This document shows, piece by piece, positions 59,301 to 64,000 of a stretch of DNA of 64,000 bases; within the stretch, counting starts at the first letter, position 1, and every line of letters begins with the position of its first letter. The notes under the pieces were generated by a model. It did no database searches. It saw nothing but the letters and a program-made list of their open reading frames with translations, and was not told the DNA's origin. A program made the translations under genes and the position numbers. The stretch is from Candidatus Poribacteria bacterium (lineage in GTDB: Bacteria > Poribacteria > WGA-4E > WGA-3G): the NCBI GenBank assembly GCA_965242965.1, contig OZ251518.1, forward strand, positions 4,960,001 to 5,024,000, written 5' to 3'.

Positions 59301-59705
59301 AAGATAGGGGTTGAGCGTGTCTATGGCGGCCACGATTCCCAATGCCGCTCTGACAGCACGATGTGCCGCATCTTCGTGGGCAATCGGGTAACCAAAGTAG
59401 ACAAGGATACCGTCCCCGAAATAACGGGCGATGTGCCCCTCTTGCGCCAGCACCACTTCCATGACGCACGCGCGATACGCCGTTAACAGGTTGCGGAGTT
59501 CCTCGGGGTCTAACTGTTCGTTGAACGCCGTGGAATTGACAATATCACAGAAGAGAACAGTGAGCTGCCTGCGTTCCGCCTCTCCTGTCTGAGGAGCGGC
59601 AATCGCTTTCGCCGGTTGTTCGACAGGTGCTAGCGGACTCCCGCATTCGCCACAAAATTTGAACGGTGGATTGACAAAGCCGCAATTGGCGCATCTTGTG
59701 CTCAT
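56388..59705 (-). CDS. Adenylate/guanylate cyclase with zinc ribbon, AAA ATPase and TPR-like domains
   Basis: CANC/CGEC, ERRQLTVLFCD, YFGDG, GEAGIGKS, EDLHW, AKSWELRAA. Confidence 0.92.
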   Translation of the reverse strand: MSTRCANCGFVNPPFKFCGECGSPLAPVEQPAKAIAAPQTGEAERRQLTVLFCDIVNSTAFNEQLDPEELRNLLTAYRACVMEVVLAQEGHIARYFGDGILVYFGYPIAHEDAAHRAVRAALGIVAAIDTLNPYLHATFGVEIRARLSIETGLVVVWQMTGEDAPEPIDIVGQAPNLAAKVQNLAAPNSIVIGATTHQLVQGFFTCESLGTSTLRGISQPVELYEVSGETPLQSRLDVARESGLTPFIGREQEVELLKQRWQQSVNGQGQVILIEGEAGIGKSRCVQLLKEYVDADALILECRGSPYYQNSPLYPIKALLQQSLLHFASTDTPEILRGKLESFLSDYEELNQHRHLLAELFDVSLDTGTSPAFDGDPEQRRQQTLEVLVQVFRNVAEHTPLLFIIEDLHWIDPSSTAWLTLFIAQLENARILTVLTCRTLHPAAQDATQPYALDREALDTLLSPEWTTTVLLKPLTPGQVKEMIASLTADTQVPATELRQIVRMTEGVPLFVEELTRMVLSEELSPVAVVSIEIPATLQALLTARLDSLGPAKNIVQLGATLGREWTGELLQQLLRQMGYAETPETLAAQLDALVRGHILNQQETRDGATLYTFRHPLIRETAYQSLLKSTRQHYHEQIATVLTLVFPMIAQAQPELVAHHWTEAGLPERAADYWQQAGQRALERSANVEGIRFMTQGLAALETQPATPERAGRELVLQTTLGPALIATKGYASVEVETAYSRARELLDRLDRLDAASEARQYENLRFPVLFGLWLSTLVRGRLLSARELGEQCLVIAKQQQNAAFEVEAHRALGATFYYLSEFRTALAHLEAGLARYQPQHAFLHYVADPGMTLLSYSAPLLWGIGYPEQAVQRIRQAEKISSARKHPFSEAVRLYFATVIYQYRGEVEKVNAYATRLLEVCQEHGFAVWEAGATVMKGWALAMEDTHCSEKGVAMIRKGITAWKEMRAAVQLPFFLALLSDVSERAGQPDAALQTLNSAIDVVTKTGERAYLAELYRRRGGVYRTKGDFTSAAADFQQALTVARAQGAKSWELRAATDFSQLYQAQGKSAEEIHVLLKPIVDWFTEGVDTSDFKIATQLLAQC

Positions 59706-59820
59706 GTTGCTATTTTCCAAATCCTTATCCTTCACCGGCACCGGTAGACGCGGTTTCACTTCTCACGGTTTTGGGCGCACGGTTGCAAGCCGTGCGCACC
59801 AGATTCGTGCTGCGTCCAGC

Positions 59821-60537
59821 CTATTTTTTGAACTGATTCAGATATTCCTCAAGTTCTGCATCACGCGGGTCGAGTTTATATGCCTCTTGGTAGAAATCAA
59901 CCGCTTTGTCTGTCCTGCCGACTTTCATGTAAAAAGAACCGAGGTTGCGATAGGCGACACTATGCGTCGGTTTCAGATCCAAGGCGCGCAAATAGTGGTC
60001 CCGTGCCTTCAGCAGATAGTCTTTCGTCTGCCCGAGCAGGATATTAAGGGAGATTTCATTCTCCCACCGTTCTTGATAGACTTCACCGCCGCGCGCCTTC
60101 GCTTCTTCCACTAGCGCGCTCGCGATGGCCGCCTTACGCGTTTTGAGGTGAATGATGCCGGAGCCGGTCTGCTCAAAGGCAGCATGGAGTTCAGCAAGCG
60201 CGGCCTCAACGGAACTACCGAGGATATCTTTCTGCCACGAGGGCCACTCCGGTCCGGCGAACTCAATTCCCTGCTCGTAGTAGACTGCCCCGAGGTCATT
60301 GTAAACTTCGGCGTTTTCGGGGCGCATCTTGAGAGCCTCGGTGTAAAGTTCAATGGCTTGCGTATACTTGCCGGCGTTGAAAGCGTCCTGTGCATCGGAG
60401 CGGAGCTGCTTGAACTCCTCGCTCTCTAAGTTAACAGCGATGCCGAGTTCTGGTTTATCTCTGCCGAAAAAATAGATGCCGCCGATGAACAAAATGGCGA
60501 TGCAGACAGCGATGAGTGTCGGTAATTGCAATTTCAT
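59821..60537 (-). CDS. TPR protein with N-terminal membrane anchor
   Basis: AIELYTEALKMRPENAEVYNDLG and AYRNLG...AYKLDP repeats. Confidence 0.85.
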   Translation of the reverse strand: MKLQLPTLIAVCIAILFIGGIYFFGRDKPELGIAVNLESEEFKQLRSDAQDAFNAGKYTQAIELYTEALKMRPENAEVYNDLGAVYYEQGIEFAGPEWPSWQKDILGSSVEAALAELHAAFEQTGSGIIHLKTRKAAIASALVEEAKARGGEVYQERWENEISLNILLGQTKDYLLKARDHYLRALDLKPTHSVAYRNLGSFYMKVGRTDKAVDFYQEAYKLDPRDAELEEYLNQFKK

Positions 60538-60657
60538 TTTCCTAATTCCCTTTTCTATCAGAACGGACGCGGCATGCCTCATTGCCACCGGTAGGCGCGC
60601 CTTCCGCGCGTTTTGCGTCCATTCTATTATTTCTCAATAGGTTTGATGACGAAACAC

Positions 60658-62067
60658 CTATCTCCGTCGATAGTTGCGATTAAAAGTGACGACAAGGGTT
60701 TGCTGTTCCCCATTCCGTTCAAAATAGAGTCGAATCCTGCGTTGTGAGCGAATTTGCTTGTCTAGCCGCTTAAACATCTCAAGCGAGTGAATTTTCCTGT
60801 CCCCAATCTGATAGAGAAAATCGCCGCGCTGCAGCGCGTCCGCCAATCCACTGTTTTTGTCAACGTTAGTAATGATAATCCCCGGCTGTTGATACTGCCT
60901 TGCGAGTGCTAAGTCGGGTTGCTCCAGTGTGAGTCCCCAGCCCCTAGGTTTCCAGTGAAACTGCCGATTTTTCAAGTGCAATGTGGTTTGCCGCGTTTTT
61001 CCCTTTCGGATGAGTTCACACGGGATATCTTGGTTAAGTGGGAGCAGGCGCGCTATCGCCTGAAAACTGCCTTCGTCGCGGATGCGATGTCCTGAAATCG
61101 TGAGGAGAACATCGCCGCGCTGGATGCCCGCCTTCGCCGCTGGGCTCCGCTTTTCTACTGCCGATACCAGAACGCCAACCGCTCCTGACACAGCCGCATT
61201 CTCCAAGAGTTTTTCTGCCAATTCCTCCGTTACAGATTGGACTTCTATGCCAACGTGCGGCGGAATTACGGTGCCGTGATTAGTAATTTGCTGGATAACC
61301 TTTTTCGCCTTGTTGGCAGGAATGGCGAATCCGATGCCTTGCGAACCCCCGCTCGTTGAGCGAATAGCGGTGTTGATACCGATGAGTTTCCCGTGCATAT
61401 TGACAAGCGCGCCGCCGCTGTTGCCCGGATTAATGGACGCGTCTGTCTGAATCAGGTTTTCATGGAACCTGTTGTCAATAGTCAGCGTCCGTTGCGTTGC
61501 ACTGATAATCCCAATCGTCACCGTCGGTTGCGCGTCGCCACTCGCCAATCTAAATGGATTGCCAATGGCGACGGCCCACTCGCCGATGAGCAGATTATCG
61601 GAATCGCCCCACTCAATCGGTTGGAGTGGTTGGAGCGGCGTGCTTCGCCTGCTTTTGTCTATCGGGACAGCGTCAATTTCTAACACCGCCAGGTCGGACA
61701 GGTAGTCGTAGCCGAGCAGGGATGCCTCAAATTCACGTCCATCGGAGACAGCGACTCGGATGCTATCGGCATCTTCGATAACGTGGTGGTTCGTCAAGAT
61801 GGTTTTTTCATCAATCACGATGCCGGAGCCTACCTCCCGCAAAGTGCGCCGCCGCGGATAGCGCGTCATCTCTTGCCAGAGAAACCACTCGTCAAAGTAG
61901 GTTTGTTGTTCAACAACGGAAGTCGCACTGATGTTAACAACGGCGGGACTCGCGCGCTCAACTGCGTTGACGATGGTGGTTCGCCGCGAGGCGGCAAGAT
62001 CTGCCCGCGCCACTCCCGAAGCGAACCAAACAAGCAACAGAGAGAGGAGTGCTATAATTTTTTTCAT
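60658..62067 (-). CDS. HtrA/DegP-family serine protease with two PDZ domains
   Basis: TNHHVI, DLAVL, INPGNSGG. Confidence 0.95.
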   Translation of the reverse strand: MKKIIALLSLLLVWFASGVARADLAASRRTTIVNAVERASPAVVNISATSVVEQQTYFDEWFLWQEMTRYPRRRTLREVGSGIVIDEKTILTNHHVIEDADSIRVAVSDGREFEASLLGYDYLSDLAVLEIDAVPIDKSRRSTPLQPLQPIEWGDSDNLLIGEWAVAIGNPFRLASGDAQPTVTIGIISATQRTLTIDNRFHENLIQTDASINPGNSGGALVNMHGKLIGINTAIRSTSGGSQGIGFAIPANKAKKVIQQITNHGTVIPPHVGIEVQSVTEELAEKLLENAAVSGAVGVLVSAVEKRSPAAKAGIQRGDVLLTISGHRIRDEGSFQAIARLLPLNQDIPCELIRKGKTRQTTLHLKNRQFHWKPRGWGLTLEQPDLALARQYQQPGIIITNVDKNSGLADALQRGDFLYQIGDRKIHSLEMFKRLDKQIRSQRRIRLYFERNGEQQTLVVTFNRNYRRR

Positions 62068-62143
62068 AAGCCTTCGCTTGAAATCGTGCTGTTATGCCAA
62101 AGCGAACCAGTCTCTGCAATGCGAAACTGAATCCCTCTGGTTG

Positions 62144-63535
62144 TTATCCATCCGGATTTTGCGTTAATTTCAGTGAAATGCGATAGCCTTCTAACCCCGG
62201 GTCGGTGTCAACAATGTTTTGGACTTCTTCAGGGTTCCGCCGTTTTGCGGGGAAGTTATCCGCATTCGCGCACCGGAGCCCGATGCGTGCGCCGACAGCA
62301 CTCGCGGCGCGTAAGTTTTCCAATTTGACTTTCTCCAACGTATCATAGGCGGTATGCCCGAATCCCCTGCCGGAGGGTGGTGCCTCCGCATCGCCGATAT
62401 GGGCAGAGGGGACACCTTTCAGGAAAAACGGAAAGTGATCTGAGTAAGAATGCACCTTCTGTCCTACCGGCATTTCCGCGTGGCATTGCGCCGCTGCTTC
62501 CTCAAAAAAGGATTGAAGCGACTGCCATTGATGCAGGACAATGCCTTTGCGGCTCGCGCCGCCAGCGGCATCCATATTCAGCATAAACCGCACGTTATCT
62601 AACTCGGCGGCGTGCGCGTCAACATACCGAAACGCGCCGGTGAGCCCAATCTCTTCCGTGCCGAAAGCGATAAACCGGACGGTGCGGTTGAGTGAACCGG
62701 CGGTATAGGCAGACAGCACTCGCGCCGCTTCCATCACCGATACCATGCCGGAGGCCGGATCATGCGCGCCTTGCGAGATGTCGTGGCCATCGTAATGGCA
62801 TCCTAAAATGACCTGCTCATTGCGATGGCGGCCGCGCCCCGGCAATTCGGCGACGACGTTCCACGAAGTGCGCGGTTCGTTGATGTCTGTCGTGCGGAGT
62901 TTCAACGTCACTTTCCCGTGCCGTGCGAGTGAACGGAGTAAAAACTCGCCGTCCTCTTTGCAAACGGAGATGCCGGGAATGGGTGCGGCTCTGTCATTCT
63001 GCAGGCTGCCTGTCTCAGGGCCAACGCCGGGGTGTTCGCTGACGAAAATAAAGGCACCCGCGCCCCCGAGCACGGCGCGCTCAAACTTCTCCTTCCGATG
63101 CACCCATCTGCCTAAATCTGGCGGCGAAGAGCTCTGCGCCATTACCAGTTTTCCGGCGAGGGTGCCCCCGAGCGCGCTGTATTCCGCGGGGCTTCCACAG
63201 CCGGCGGAGACGAGTTCACCGGTGATGTCGCCTGCGGGACAATAGGGCAGCGAGATGCAGTGCAAAGCGCGTTGCATCGGCGCAATCATCTCTAGCGTCG
63301 CTGCGCCGCGCGTCCAACCTGCATAAGGATACTCTTCTAATTTGACGTTTTGGAGTCCGTAGCGTTTAAAGCATTCGGCGATGAAGTTTGCGGCGGCGTA
63401 TTCTTCCGGCGTTCCGGCGAATCGGGAGCCGTAGTCGTCGCATAACACCGTCAAATTCTGCATGACTTCTGGGGAAGTATAAATGTCGCCGATTATCTGC
63501 CGGTCCAACTGTAAATAGGGATTTGTTTTGCTCAT
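62144..63535 (-). CDS. M28 family metallopeptidase with PA domain
   Basis: CHYD, HDPASG, EEIGLTG, NMD, SDHFPF, HTAYD. Confidence 0.9.
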   Translation of the reverse strand: MSKTNPYLQLDRQIIGDIYTSPEVMQNLTVLCDDYGSRFAGTPEEYAAANFIAECFKRYGLQNVKLEEYPYAGWTRGAATLEMIAPMQRALHCISLPYCPAGDITGELVSAGCGSPAEYSALGGTLAGKLVMAQSSSPPDLGRWVHRKEKFERAVLGGAGAFIFVSEHPGVGPETGSLQNDRAAPIPGISVCKEDGEFLLRSLARHGKVTLKLRTTDINEPRTSWNVVAELPGRGRHRNEQVILGCHYDGHDISQGAHDPASGMVSVMEAARVLSAYTAGSLNRTVRFIAFGTEEIGLTGAFRYVDAHAAELDNVRFMLNMDAAGGASRKGIVLHQWQSLQSFFEEAAAQCHAEMPVGQKVHSYSDHFPFFLKGVPSAHIGDAEAPPSGRGFGHTAYDTLEKVKLENLRAASAVGARIGLRCANADNFPAKRRNPEEVQNIVDTDPGLEGYRISLKLTQNPDG

Positions 63536-63539
63536 TTTT

Positions 63540-63825
63540 TCGTTGTTCGCGAGGCGTTCGATAACGTGCGTTTTTGCAATAACCTGCGTTTGCGTAATCC
63601 GTCTTCGCCGTTGGCGAAGACTACGTTTTTGAGGCTAGCGCGGCTGTTGTTATTCGCGAGGCGTTTGATAATGTGCGTTTTTTCAATAGCGTGCGTTTGC
63701 GTAACCCGTCTTCGCCGTTTTTTCGTTATTCGCGAGGCGTTCAATAACGTGCGTTTTTGCGATGACGTGCGTTTGCGTAATCCATCTTCGCCGTTGGCGA
63801 AGACTACGTTTTTGGCTAGCGCGGC
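63540..63825. repeat. Three imperfect ~75-105-bp tandem units containing the REP-like GTAGTCTTCGCCAACGGCGAAGA (minus strand)
   Basis: TTCGCGAGGCGTT..ATAA.GTGCGTTTTT...TGCGTTTGCGTAA.CC.TCTTCGCCGTT three times. Confidence 0.9.
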
Positions 63826-64000
63826 TTAGACACCTTGCATCGTCTCGCTAGGAGTTCGCTCGCCTTGTGGCATCACTTCTGCTTGCTCGGTGGAAGGAAC
63901 TTGCGGTGTTCGCGGCAAGGTGCTCATCCGTGAGTTCGCAATCTTTTTGAGTTGCCACATATCCAGTATTTGGATGCGCCGAAACCGCTTTTTAATGAGA
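63826..64000 (-). CDS. 3' end of a gene, possibly a Crp/Fnr-family regulator (partial)
   Basis: Minus frame LIKKRFRRIQILDMWQLKKIAN...MQGV* resembles the end of a Crp winged helix. Confidence 0.45.
   Translation of the reverse strand, partial: LIKKRFRRIQILDMWQLKKIANSRMSTLPRTPQVPSTEQAEVMPQGERTPSETMQGV

Noticed and set aside
63532-63829. 70-aa and 87-aa ORFs
   Set aside because: They lie entirely within the tandem repeat between two genes.

Overview
Bacterial chromosomal window, most likely from Candidatus Poribacteria or a close relative. This is an inference from a WD40 protein, a cadherin/FN3/lamin-tail secreted protein, PhyH, sulfatase and Gfo/Idh/MocA genes, and a C-terminal 'PVxPxGxLTTTWxxLK' motif. 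It encodes about 40 genes: housekeeping (argG, cmk, tyrA, sbcCD, IscA/ErpA-like, HtrA), uptake (two TonB-dependent receptors, three LivJ-like lipoproteins, dppBC) and scattered defence or selfish genes (type III R-M with a frameshifted mod, an Eco57I-like methylase, PIN, HicB-like, HNH, Rpn). Most larger intergenic gaps contain GTAG-type REP palindromes of at least six families. The most notable signal is that many REP clusters are enclosed by a conserved 13-bp terminal inverted repeat (GAGGGTGTTTCAT...ATGAAACACCCTC). These cassettes carry shuffled modular cargo, two have flanking direct repeats, and two sit exactly 5 bp downstream of a predicted sigma70 -10 box. No rRNA, tRNA, CRISPR array or cognate transposase was seen. 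All protein calls come from motif reading, not database searches.
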